Origin: Eutreptiella sp. 'Long Island Sound 2002'
Taxonomy: Eukaryota > Protista > Euglenida
Length of the DNA stretch: 64,000 nt
Direction of reading: 5' to 3'
Assembly (NCBI GenBank): GCA_964036045.1
Contig: OZ038378.1
Span: forward strand, 180,110,001 to 180,174,000
Both the position numbers and the translations under genes were made by a program. The notes below the pieces were generated by a model. The model was not told where the DNA came from and searched no databases. It worked only from the letters and a program-made list of their open reading frames with translations. Shown here one piece after another: positions 23,896 through 35,685 of the stretch (positions are counted from its first letter, which is position 1; every line of letters begins with the position of its first letter).

Positions 23896-25397
23896 TTACC
23901 GGTGCTTGGCCTGGTGGGGCGCCAACCTTTTTTTGGTTGGCCCGGAATTGACCGGGGGGGTCTTTTGCAACACTTAAACATAAATTCCACCAGTACCACC
24001 TTTCCTAAAAGAGCTCTGGTATACATTGGTAGTCAACTGTGCGCAACTGTGTGTCGCCTTCACATCCGCATTACGCAACCGTGCATAGCCAAAGAAAGTA
24101 GCTGTGCGCAACTGTACACGCACGGCTATAACCACGTCTCTGTTGATGATGGAGCACCTCATTAATGCCATGTCATGCTGAAATTGTGTGTTCCTTGGGT
24201 GCTGCAAGTGGATGGGGACAGGCATTGGACAGTTGTTGGGGTTGGGTTTGTGCACCCTTGCCATTCCCCCACCCCTTGGGGGCGAACCGTCATTTGGATG
24301 CATTTCCTCATGGACCGGGTAGGGGAAGAACCGTCGTGCCCTCGGTGGTGTTTTCAAGGCGGGTGTTGGGTTTACCAACGGGGAGGAACAACCAACTAGA
24401 AAAACTTTTGGACCTCTATCACCACCACCACCCCAACCACCACAACCTGGGGACGATCCTCCCACCTGCTTCAGGCCCGGCCTGTGCTCCACACGGCACA
24501 CCCCAGCACCACCGGCAACCAAACCACCACACCCCGGGGGCAGTCCTCCTGCTGACTTTACCCCCACCCTGTGCTCCACATGGCACACGAACCACCACTA
24601 CCACCCAAACCAACTCGGCCCGGGGGCGGCCATCCCGATGTGGACTGGGGCACAGAAATTTCCCTCCATTTTCCCCCATTTGTGGTGAATGGCAAAAGGG
24701 TATTTTTACCACCCGACTTGTGCATGTTCAACGTACTCACAATGAAACAGGGAATTCAAAAATGCCCCCCCAAATCCGAAAAAAAAAAGTTGACCCCCCC
24801 TCCCCCCCATCTGGACCCCCTGCCCACGCATTGGGGGCCGGTGTCCAACACTGAACTCCCCCCCATGGCCCAGTGTATTCGCAGGTGTGGGCGTGCCAGC
24901 ACCACCCGGGACTTGCACTTGGGGCGTCGGACAGCAAAGACGCACGAAACTAATTTTCGCGAGGTTGCACTCATACGCTGTCCGCATTCACCTTCGTCTC
25001 GCTTCAATAGTTGGCATGAAGCCCCATCCCCACCGTAACCCTCAGTGTTCGAGCAGCGTCGGTCCCCCAACCCACCCCCTCCTCGGCACAGTACGTCAGG
25101 GGTGCATGTGCAGATGGTCTGGTTGACCACGGCCACACCGCAGCAATGAGAATCAGGTGGGTGGCACAGGGCATGCGACTGTAAGGGCAACTGGGGGTAC
25201 CCCGGCAGGATTTGAAAGCGGATGGCGCAAAGTCGGGAACGGCCGGCCGGTCCTGCGATCATCCCCTCCAAAGAGACGGGCAGCGTGTGGCGCACGTACT
25301 CCCCCTCCGGAGTGGGACTCCAGAGACAGGCAGGGGCAGTGTTGCTGGCGGCTCCCAACGCCCCTCTGCCGCACCCTCTCGGATTTCCTGTGTACAG

Positions 25398-25723
25398 GGT
25401 CTTTGTTCCGCACGCCAGACACACCGCAGCAGCAGCGATGGGCCGAGGAGCTGCGCGGGGCCATCACGGCTGCCCTCTCGGCGTTGCCCGTCGCGACGCA
25501 GCGCGGGGGGCCCGCCGCCCTGTTTGCCCCGTCGTGCGTGCGGCACTGCGTGACGGGGTCCCCGGCGCTGTGGCGCATCGGCGTCAACGGCACTACGCTC
25601 CTGCAGGTCCTGCAGAGCGCGTGGCAGGACCGCGGGCGCAGGCGGGCCTCGCTGTTTCTGGACGACTGCGATGGGCCCAACTGCAATCCGACCTGCCGGG
25701 CGTCGGCCAGACCCCCGCCATGA
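25398..25723 (+). CDS. Pectin acetylesterase/Notum-family hydrolase, exon 3 (gene totals 387 aa)
   Basis: Acceptor gtgtacag|gg (phase 1 matches). LFAPSCVRHC (catalytic His) and terminal DDCDGPNCNPTC, then TGA. Confidence 0.88.
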
Positions 25724-28700
25724 GCCCAGCTCGAGTTCATACAGCGCTTCTCATGTGCCAATGGGAGCGTAAACCCGTGCCTTTGCCGACACATTCGCTG
25801 ATCAGCAGTAGACAAGTGTTGGTCGCGGGGGATTCTGCCGTTGGGAGGACGCCGCTCTTGCCTGGGCGACTTGACACCCAATTGTCGCAGTGCAATTGGA
25901 GTCGATTTTTGCGTGAAAAACTTGGAAAATTGTAGTGCGGACCAACCAAAGCTCTCCTTGCAACTTTGGGCCCAGAGGATGACAAGTTGGGGCCACACTT
26001 TCAGTTGCTGTTTAGGCCACCTCCTCTTCTTACCACTCTTCGGATGGGCGAAGGAACAGGGCGATGCTGGGCCGCATTTCGTGGCTGTGTGCGCCTTCTG
26101 GGCTTCTGTTCCTGCCTGCCAGGACTGGGGCTGACATACCACTGCGGCCTATTGGGGCGTGACATACCGCCCCTTACAGGCAGTACCACGACGCGAAGTG
26201 CAGACAACACTGACCGACAGACTTTCATGACTCCCCGTTGCTGAATCTCCTTTGCCTCAGGTGATACTACAGGTCAGCAGGCATGACGCGCCAGAGTTAG
26301 ATCTGGGAGCACCGCCATGGCCCCCCTGCCGTACACCCACACACGCAGAGATGTGTTGGTGCCCCATGCAGGAGGAGCCTTTGGGCTTTCGCCGCTTCAG
26401 TCTCTCTTCACTTTTTGCGCTGTGTGTAGTCTGTCGTTTCATTTGTTAGTCTGCGCCATGCCGCTGGCATGTCACACGCAGATCGTGCGTCTGAAGATAA
26501 CCACGCCGTGCCACAGACGGGGGGGGGGGGGTGTCAGATTGTTCTGCTCTTTGAAAAGCATCTGCAGTGCTCCAACTGTCACAGAAAGGCGCCTACAGGG
26601 GGAGGGGGGGGGGGGGTTCCACGGGGGGTTTTTTCCCTGGGGGAAATCCTGCGTTTCAACTTGGTGCGGAATGTTCCCCGTGCGGGCACACAAACCCCCC
26701 AGTGGCAATCACCTCTTGAGCACATTTCACATCTTGGTCCCACAAAATTTGCCAAATGATGCGCCGCCGTCTGTTGTCAGTCAGACAGTTAGGGATCAGT
26801 GATCGTTGTCAGGAGTCAACTCAGCAGCTTTTTTTGTTGTTATTTCATGCCCTACATGTTTCTGTGGCCCTTGGCCCCGTGCGGGAAATCCCCATGCAGA
26901 AACCCCCCCCCCCTGTAGTTGTGCAGCGGTTGTTGTTGACGGCTTGACAAGGCAAATGCACCCACACACGCTTTGTTGCTGCGTCTGTACGCCATACGTG
27001 TGTGCGTGTGTGTTCTGCAGGTGCTTTCGCCAGAAGGCATTGGCAAGACTGAGTATTGGGACCGAGCTGGTGGGAGAGGGAACCTTGCACACTGTGAACC
27101 GCGCTTTGCCCGTTGCACATGGCGCACCTTGTGCACAGCAGAATGTCATCTTTTGCACAGTGCACCGTACAATTTGAACACTGCACATTGCTCTGTCACG
27201 CACACTGCATGCTGGACAATGTGCATTTGGCATATTGTGCGGTGCACATATCACAGAGTACACACTCTTTGCAATGTGCAGTCTGCACACCGGACACTTC
27301 TGCGCAGTGCACACTACATGTTCTACACCGCATGTTGCAAGCTGTGCACATGACACACAGCACACTTATCCGGTGCATACCGTCTACAGTTTGACCAACA
27401 ATTTGTTGTTGTTGCTAACTAGATATGAGGAGAGAGCTGTGCAGTAATAATATATATTTACTATTATTGGACATGTCGAAACGAAAGTCTCTGCACATCC
27501 ATTGACATGCCTCTCACACGGTGACCCATACCCTGATGGAAATGCTCACAAGGTTCATCATGCCTGCCTATCTACTGATCTCCCAATCAGGGTGCTCCCT
27601 CATTTTTACTGCCAGACACTAACCCCTCCCCCTTCCCCTGTCCAAGCTATGGCCAGGATGCCGGAGGGTGGCGACCACCGTCGTTCTATGGCCAGGTCCG
27701 TACAGAGGGCGTGGCTTAGACAACCCGTCACTTGCGCATGGCCGAAGACAATTGCATGCAAATACCAGCCTCCCGCTGCAATGACGTTTCAGCATGCGGA
27801 AATGGTGCAGGTGCAACCACAAATGCTTCCAATTAATGGTCTACAAACAGACAATCGTCAGAATTGCACAAAACAAAGCTGCTTCTCACGGAGACCAATT
27901 TCGTTGGGCCTCCAACAAAGACGGTATTGCGGCCCAAGGCGTAGCTTGGCAAACGGCAGTAGCATGTCTGAAATGGATGTGGGGCTGAGCACACTGGGAA
28001 GCCTACGGGCGTGGCAGTCTCCCACTGCATAAGCTGGTTTCAGACTCAGCTAATCCTCACAAGTGTCAGATCCGCTACCACGCCATTGTGGGATCATCGT
28101 AGCACTGGACAGCTCTGAACATTGATTCCGAGAGGTTATCTCGAGTATTGTGAAGTGAGCAGGCTATGCCAGCTCATCTTGGTCTGAACCCCCCAAAAAA
28201 ATTTGGGGGCTGAGCACCAGGGAACGGGCAATTTCGGGTTCGGTGTCCTGCATTTGCCTGACAGAAGCTGTGTCTGCTTTTTGCAAAGGGCTGCTCCACG
28301 GCACAAGGCTCAGGAGGGAGCAGCCAGTGCTCGTGTCGACACTGTCATGCCCACACAAAAGCATCAATGATGGGGTAGATGGGCAGTGCAGGTGCAAGGC
28401 ATGGGCACAGGCAACAGTTCATCAGTTCATCGGTGGTCAAAGGTCAGCAAAAGTCAGTTGGTCTCGGCCCTAAACTGCTGCTGTAGAACCTCCTTCGAAG
28501 GTGATTTTGGCAGGCGTGAGCTCCATTTTCAGCCCCAAAAGGGGTCTCAGCCCGCCTGAACCTCGAAGTGTCTTTTGCAGCTTCACAAGGACCAGTTGGC
28601 CCATTCCCAATAGCATTCCACTTACGTTGAACATGCGCAGAACATTGGGAGAGTGTTAGTGCGCCGGGCGCGCGCCGGGCATCTTTTTTTACCCGTGCCC

Positions 28701-29899
28701 CACCGGTGACCTTTTAGGGGTTGCACTAAGCGCAGTGCGCGTGCAGTGCAACTATTTGCACGTCTAGCCGTCCTAGAACCCCATGCTTTGTGATACTATG
28801 GGCATTATTGTTGTTTGACAACGGGTATTTTGATGCTTCTTTCACATTCGGGATATGGTGTATTTGGATTCTCACCCAGGTTCACCCATTTTCATCCTTG
28901 TTTTTTTTTTTTTGCTCGTTTCCACTCCTTACTAGGTTGATTTCTCCCCACCGGGGACCCCAAGAAAGCAGGGGTAATGTAGCCATATTGATTTCTCCCC
29001 ACCATGGGGAACCCGAAAGGCAGGGGTGATGTAGCCATTGCGCCCAACCTTGGGCCCCTGAGAAGGCGGGGGTGACACAGCCAATGCTGAGTTTGTGCTT
29101 CGTTCTTGTGACGTGAGGCAGAAACGCCGTCCAAACCGCTTGTGGCTTGGGGACTCATTACCATAGCGAACTCTATGGGAAAGGTAAAGGCAAAGTACCG
29201 TTTGTTAAGTACAATACAAATGACATTTTGACATTTGGAGTTGTTGAATTCACAGCTATTGCCTAATCATGCAACGTGCTTTTTAGGGAAGGTGCGCAGT
29301 CCATCATGGTCTATTTGGGGGGCCTTCTCCATCAGAGGGTAAACGGGCTGAAGTTGGGATAGTTAATAGAAAGGTAGCGCGCCGGGCAAACATTCCCCCA
29401 TTGATTCCTAAGTGGCAATGAAGACCCTGTGGCGGGCTGGGTCGGAGCATTTGTGGAAGTCTCCAACCTTCATCGACCAACAGCATTTTAACGTCATTTG
29501 AAATTATTACAGACACTGCATGGCCTTTGTGCGTGTGCCTAGGTTCCCTTCATGGGCTTACAAATCATACGTTGGAGCGTTGTACGGGACTATACAACAC
29601 TTCTATGAATAGACTCAACAATGCCACAAAGTGCATGCACTGGCCAAACACATTCTGGATTGGGGACTGATCACGCAGCCTGCAACCCCTGACAACCTGA
29701 GGGATGGCAAACCAACGTCAGCCAGATGGCTGGTTGTATGTCGGTATGTCGGTAGCGGGCTGCATCACGCGAGGTGCAAATACAGAGGGAAGAGATGGAG
29801 GGAAGGGAGGAATGGAGGGAGGGACGTTTGGGCTAAGTGTTTGCCAGGTGTCTACCAGAGATATGTGGGTCATTTGCCACTACCCATATGCCCTTCCAG

Positions 29900-30127
29900 A
29901 CCCCCTTGGCCAATGGTGTGAATTGCCTGATGATGCCTGATCCCGGGGCTCTGGGGGTCCCAGTGGATGACGGGAGCCGGAATTCCCTCAGCAGCGATGC
30001 AAGCGCTACCTCATCGGATAATGAAGCTGGGGACCAGCTGCCTCCCGGTCTGACTGCTGCCGAAGGGGCGGCGGCACGCCTCACAGCTTTGCTGAGCATC
30101 AAGGCGCAGCAGGTGGAGGTGCAGCAG
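29900..30127 (+). CDS. Coiled-coil protein, first identified exon (ATG at 29930 possible)
   Basis: cccttccag|acc ... cagcag|gtgg. Encodes ..AAARLTALLSIKAQQVEVQQ. Upstream exons are possible. Confidence 0.65.
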
Positions 30128-30179
30128 GTGGATTGGCCGATGGCTGATGGGGAGGTGTGTTGCGCGCAACCGCTGGTGC

Positions 30180-30430
30180 AGCGCCGTGTCGTGTTGTGTT
30201 GTGTTGTGTTCTTTTTCTGTTGCGTGTGTTGTGTTGTGTTGTGTTGTGTTGTGTTGTGTTGTGTTGTGTTGTGTTGTGTTGTGTTGTGTTGTGTTGTGTT
30301 GTGTTGTGTTGTGCTGTGTTGTGTTGTGTTGTGTTGTGTTGTGTTGTGTTGTGTTGTGTTGTGTTGTGTTGTGTTGTGTTGTGTTGTGTTGTGTTGTGTT
30401 GTGTTGTGTTGTGTTGTGTTGTGTTGTGCA
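30180..30430 (+). repeat. (GTGTT)n microsatellite, ~50 units
   Basis: Directly visible. Confidence 0.95.
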
Positions 30431-30756
30431 AGATGATGTGGGGTGCGGATGTGCTGTGCTGTGCTCTGCTGTGTGCTTTGCTTTCTGTTGTGCTGCGCAG
30501 CGCTGTAGTGTGATGTGGTATTGTGCAATGTGGCTCGGTGTGGTTCAGTGTGCTGTGGTGTGGTATTCTGTGGTGCTTCTGTTATACTGGGGCTTGAGCA
30601 TTTTGCAACAATTCAGTTTTGGTGAGCTATATGGTGCTTTAATGAGTACAGATGCCGGAATTGAGATGTGCCTTTGATAGTAAAACACCGGGACGCCTTT
30701 GCGCCCACCGGGACGCCTTTGCGCCCCCTGAGTTCGAACATGACATGTCCTTACCC

Positions 30757-31452
30757 AAACAGCCTAAGAACTTTCGATAGCCACCTGGAGTGGCGAACGC
30801 AAGGCAACATTCGGCACTGATCTGGTTTGCGCCGCAGTGCAGCAAGGCAAACCATTGAATTGAGTGTGGTGATGACCATGCGCCTGTGACACGGGGGCGT
30901 ATGCTATCCCAGTATCCGTTGCCTCATGGCCCCCCCTCCCCAGAGAACGCTCTTCAGGCAGGCAAACCCGGTCACAGGGGACGCTGTAAGGTTCCTCTAC
31001 ACGCTGCTGAGCACGCCGCCGTGCGAACGGCGGTACGCCTGAGTAGCACGGGCAAGCAGAGGGGGGGGGGTACGACGAGGCAGAGACCAAGGGAAGAGAG
31101 GGACAAAGAGAAACCCGTGGGGAGGGCGAAGAGGAAGAGAAACCCCCTTGGGAGGGTGAACAGGAAGACATACCCCCTTGGGAGGGCGAAGAGAAAGAAG
31201 CACACAAGGAGAGAGGCCCACAGAGCGAGAGGTTTGAGACTAACCGGCACTGTGGGAGGGTGGTGGGAGCGAGCTGACCTAAACAGCCTAAGAACTTTCG
31301 ATAGCCACCTAGAGTGGCGAACGCAAGGCAACATTCGGCACTGATCTGGTTTGCGCTGCAGTGCAGCAAGGCAAAACATTGAATTGAGTGTGGTGATGAC
31401 CATGCGCCTATGACACGAGGGCGTATGCGAGCCCAGTAACCGTTCCCTCATG
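30757..31452 (+). repeat. ~175-bp direct repeats (30757-30930, 31281-31452) around a short internal repeat
   Basis: aaacagcctaagaactttcgatagcc...ctcatggcc is present twice, 524 bp apart. Confidence 0.8.
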
Positions 31453-32485
31453 GCCTCCGGCCGAACCCCCCCCCCCCCCACACACCCTCCAGCCAACCCC
31501 CCCCCCCAACTGCCCCCCAAGTTTTGACGGATAGCTAGGGGGTTGCATCACGACCGGTTGTAGTCGCCCCCTGGTGGGGGGGATCCGCATGGATGGGCGC
31601 CCGCGAAAAGCGGGCGAGGGAGGATAGGGTGTGGGCAATAGGGGAGCGGCGCCCACCCACTCATTCATGGACCGCTCCCTTGTACACAGATCCCGGCAGG
31701 GCCTTGGCTGTACGTGGCACACAAGGGAGCGGTGTTCCTCCACACGAATGACCGCACCCCTGTTCACAAAATCCCGGTACGTGAGGCGATTATCCAGACC
31801 GATGTCATAGGGGACCACAAGGGCCCCAAGCAACCCGTGCACAATCATCAGATTGCCGCCGGTGTAATGAGTCATTCACAGATTCACTCTCCATCCCATG
31901 TATAGTGACACTTGCATGGCTTAGTCCTGGAGAGAAGCATATGACAACTGGCCGTTAGGAGGGCCGCATTGCCCTCCGGTCCTCCTGCATAGGGAAGGGG
32001 GGGGGGGGGCACAGGTCCTACAGGCCGTCCTGGTGCCCCGGCCTATCAGGTCCCGTGGCTCGCCCCGTGACTTGTGTTCCTCTGCCCCCTGTGCTTCCCA
32101 CCCTCTCTCAGACATGGTTCCCCACGCCGCCGTCGAAGCCCATATGGTGGCTTCCATGTTGTGTGCTTGTGGAAAGGGAGAGAAGGTGGGCATGGGAGAG
32201 GGGTGGGCAAAGGGGTAGCTCGGGGGAAGGCTGTGTGGGCACGGGGGCCATGTGTGGCGGGGGGAAGGGGAGGCCGGTGTCATATGTGTCCCTTTGGGGT
32301 CGCTGACCTGTTCCTAAGGCCTAGGCGGCCGGTACTAGGAGGCTGCAAGATCCCGGGGCTGGTGCTTACGCTGGTGCACGCGTACACCCAACACTGTTAG
32401 TACACCACCCGACGGTGGTGCCCGGGCCCTATCGAGTGGGCTTTGCACCCGGCACCCAGTCCATGGTCAGGGCTGGGGCGTACTC
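31450..32485 (+). mobile_element. LINE-like 3' fragment with terminal stem-loop
   Basis: CPLC remnant. Hairpin ggtgcccggg...cccggcacc at ~32416-32456 lies just before the (TGGTG)n run. Confidence 0.4.
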
Positions 32486-32695
32486 ATGGTGTGGTGTGGT
32501 GTGGTGTGGTGTGGTGTGGTGTGGTGTGGTGTGGTGTGGTGTGGTGTGGTGTGGTGTGGTGTGGTGTGGTGTGGTGTGGTGTGGTGTGGTGTGGTGTGGT
32601 GTGGTGTGGTGTGGTGTGGTGTGGTGTGGTGTGGTGTGGTGTGGTGTGGTGTGGTGTGGTGTGGTGTGGTGTGGTGTGGTGTGGTGTGGTGTGGT
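32486..32695 (+). repeat. (TGGTG)n microsatellite, ~42 units
   Basis: Directly visible. Confidence 0.95.
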
Positions 32696-32715
32696 AGTTT
32701 GATACCATTCTGCAG

Positions 32716-32920
32716 GATTCGCCAACGGCCATGCTCGCTCCACTGTCCCCCCTTTCTGCGGGACCCATCTTGGAGGAGGCATCACGTTCTATGGATTTGG
32801 GCGGCAGCGAGACATTTGGGCCCCTGTCACGCAGCTGGTCCCAAGTCAGCCCCAACCAAAAGCAGAGTGACATCGAAAGGCTCAGCCCAAAGTCGCCACG
32901 TGGAAAGGCGGCGCTCTCAG
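32716..32920 (+). CDS. Coiled-coil protein exon 2
   Basis: ttctgcag|gat ... tcag|gtctgg. Encodes DSPTAMLAPLSP..LSPKSPRGKAALS. Confidence 0.7.
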
Positions 32921-33939
32921 GTCTGGCTTGTGCTCAGACATGTGCGCACACAGACCACCGAATCGGAGGTGACGTAACGGCGGGGTTGTGATTTGATGAC
33001 ACATATGACACAATTTGAGCCCATTTGTGCTCCTTAGCGCCCAGGCTTTGTTGTCTGTCACACACAACCTAAAAAGAGTGGGGGGTTTCCAACCCTCAAG
33101 TTTACCCCACAGACGCACAGCCCCCTGCCCCCCTCCCCCCCCTCTCTCTTTGTGGCCATAGCCTATCATTAGACGTCTCGGGCACAAAGTGCCGGAAAGA
33201 AAACTCTAGAATGCCCACCCCAACAGGCAAGGGTGCAAACCCCCGCCCATTAAAACCCCTGCTGGGGGTTTGTCGGTCCGGAATTTCTGGGGTCCACAGG
33301 GGGCAGGGGGGGGTTAATACCCGGTAGTTTTTTTCATTCGGGTTGGGTTGTCAAGATACCACATGTTCTATTGTCCATATCCCGTTCTATCGTTTGTATC
33401 AGGCACTACGGCAGATGTCTAGCATTCAGTGTGATGATGATGATGATGATGATGCCCCTGACATGTTAGGCATTTCGGATGGTGAAAGCATCTCTGATGG
33501 AGATGTTGCAAATCTGGCTGATGTTGATGAAGAAGCGACCGTGTGTGACTTGGTAAAGCAGTCTCACTCTGGCCTAGTGCATGTTTTGTGTGTTCAGTTG
33601 CGAGGCAAGGGGGTGAGTTTTCTGAAGCGCAATTTCTGGTGCCCTGGAGAGGGGGGGTTTGAGGGGGGGATGGGATGGGTGGGAGAATGTCCAACACCTG
33701 CAGGCACCAGGCCACCTCGACCCTAACCGTCGGTAGGACGTGTCGCAGGCTGCCCTGCACTGGACTCGGAGCGACCCAACCACCGCAGACCCAGTCCGAG
33801 ACTGGTGCAGTGAAGTTGCCACCCATACCGCCCGCAGCTCTGCTGCAGCCTTGGGTCCGATGCCGGGGCCTAGTTGCGGGGACGCCTTTCTCCCTCGGCT
33901 GGATTGATAGGGGTCCCCCATACCCCTCTGTATCTGCAG

Positions 33940-34494
33940 CAGGGAACGTTTATAAGGAATTAAGTTAAGTCGGGGGGGGGGGGGTCTGGGTGGGTGCCCC
34001 AGCCTGGGTGGGTGGGTGAAAAGTCTGGGACCCTCCCCCCTCTTAGAATTGTACTCTGGGTGGGTGGGTGTGTAGTCTAGGACCCCCCCTTTACTGTTAG
34101 TGTGCAGGCTGATGGTGCTTTTTTTTTTCGATTTCAAATGTGTTCAATAAGCTGGACGGGAAGCGAGGCGATCAGATCTGGCAGTTAGTACAACGGTGAT
34201 GCAGCCGTATGCTGTGCTGGAAGTCTACGGTTCAATTCCCGGTTAGGGCATCACTTTTTAGCTCCGCCTTTTTTGCAAGGTTGGCGCTTTTTTTGCAAGC
34301 TTGGGAGCAGCGGTGACATGCATTTTGTCCTGCCATTGGTCGCTTTGTGTGTACCTGCCGTTCAGCGGAGAGCGCCTCAATCCCCCCCCTCAAATGTTTA
34401 TAAGAGGGGGGGGGGTCTGGGTGGGTTGCTTGGTTTTGGGTGGGTGGGTGCCTCAAAACCCCAAAACCCCCCAGCCCCTTATAAACATTCCCTG
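33940..34494. mobile_element. hAT-type MITE, 555 bp, with perfect 8-bp TSD
   Basis: TIR cagggaacgtttataagg / ccttataaacattccctg (1 mismatch). atctgcag at 33932-33939 and 34495-34502. Confidence 0.85.
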
Positions 34495-35307
34495 ATCTGC
34501 AGTCTTGCCTGCAACACGCCTCACCCGTTTGCGTAAAAGTCCCCTGCCGTCCAGGCTGAGGAGGTCCGCCCTGCAGACATATTCCCCTTTACGAATGCCT
34601 CCTGGGACCAGGAGGCTGGCAAGGTCGCCCTCTCATTCCGCCACATGGTTTGAGGCGGGGGGGGGGGGGGGTAACTGGGGGATGGGGTTTAGGTGGGTGT
34701 ATGGGCTGACAATCCTATGTGCCTCAACAACCATCGACAATTGCTCATCGAAAATTGAAAAAATTGAAAAGGAGGAGCCCCAACGGCTGCCAGGCTATTT
34801 CTTCACCATGTGTGCCACAGAGGGCCTCCCAGGGCTGCAAGCTCATTTCAGGACAATGTGTGCCACGCAAGGGCTCTAAGGGGGACATGGATATCAAGGA
34901 TCTAGAATGGGATACAGTGCTGTACAGTACAGTGCCATCAACTTCGTATGCGGATAATGACACAATGAATGGCCTTTTGTTGGGACACATTGAATATTTT
35001 ATGCTCCATTTGTCACACGTTTGCAACCTAATTCAACAGGTGTCATCCAGACACACCGAGGAAATGACAGCAATCATCCAAACCCCTCCAGGAACTGACA
35101 CCATCCACCCAGAGACCTCCAGGAAGTAATAGCACCCCTCCAGAGATGTCCAAGGAACATCACCAGCCATCCATTACAGCATGTGTGGCAATACCGTTGG
35201 CAAGTGCTCTAAGGTGTGCACACACTGCAGTCATCCCTGAATGTCAGACTCGTCCAAATGCAAAGCAACAATTGAGACACCGGGCTTTTCTACATCTTCA
35301 TCAACAG

Positions 35308-35404
35308 GCCAGCCCTTGGAGGCCCGTTGGCAGGGGGCGGGCGTCCAGGAATGGGGCTCTATGGGCCGCCTGCCCCTGGAGCCCCCCGTCCGAGGGAGAA
35401 GGGG
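35308..35404 (+). CDS. Coiled-coil protein exon 3 (tentative)
   Basis: catcaacag|gc. Together with a 46-nt GT-AG intron (35405-35450) it reconciles the phases of exons 2 and 4. Confidence 0.45.
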
Positions 35405-35450
35405 GTCTGCAAAAGTCCGGCGCCCCCCGCTCCTTTTCTATTGTCCAAAG

Positions 35451-35685
35451 TTCCAACGTCACTCTCAGCCGACCCTTAACACCTCTGGCCAACGATTCAG
35501 TGCGCCCCGCCATTTGCACGCCCCCACACTCTCCAACTTTGTCATCAGTTGCACGGCTCCACAGCCCGAAAGGCAAAAAGTTCCAGTCGATGGTCAAGAC
35601 GCTCATGTCGCACAAAGACGATCAGTTGGTGGCCGCTTTGAAGAGAGAAGAGAACATTTGCGGCCAGTTGCGCAAAAGGGTCCAG
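35451..35685 (+). CDS. Coiled-coil protein exon 4
   Basis: ..KKFQSMVKTLMSHKDDQLVAALKREENICGQLRKRVQ, donor cag|gtccgt. Confidence 0.7.

Larger units (their letters stand above)
22955..24142. mobile_element. hAT-like non-autonomous element (CAG...CTG, 24-bp TIR) with nested content
   Basis: cagacacgtggttatagccgtgcg / cgcacggctataaccacgtctctg. Flanks ttgatgaa(taac) and ttgatgat resemble an altered 8-bp TSD. Confidence 0.7.

Noticed and set aside
26170-27110. Additional 5' exons for the coiled-coil gene
   Set aside because: AG-bounded short frames exist but could not be chained in phase.
28200-28400. Zinc knuckle (SFCQANAGHRTRNCP) on the minus strand
   Set aside because: The first Cys is missing and the frame contains stops. 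At best a TE remnant.
30099-30677. Cys/Val- or His/Thr-rich ORFs (also 32415-32977 and 52485-52984)
   Set aside because: Microsatellite translations.
32040-32480. HDV-like ribozyme
   Set aside because: Could not find the nested double-pseudoknot pairings. Only a simple stem-loop is supported.
33415-33552. Asp-rich exon candidate with a good gtaaag donor
   Set aside because: Phase does not fit exon 2, and composition is more AT-rich like the nearby TE remnants. It cannot be fully excluded.
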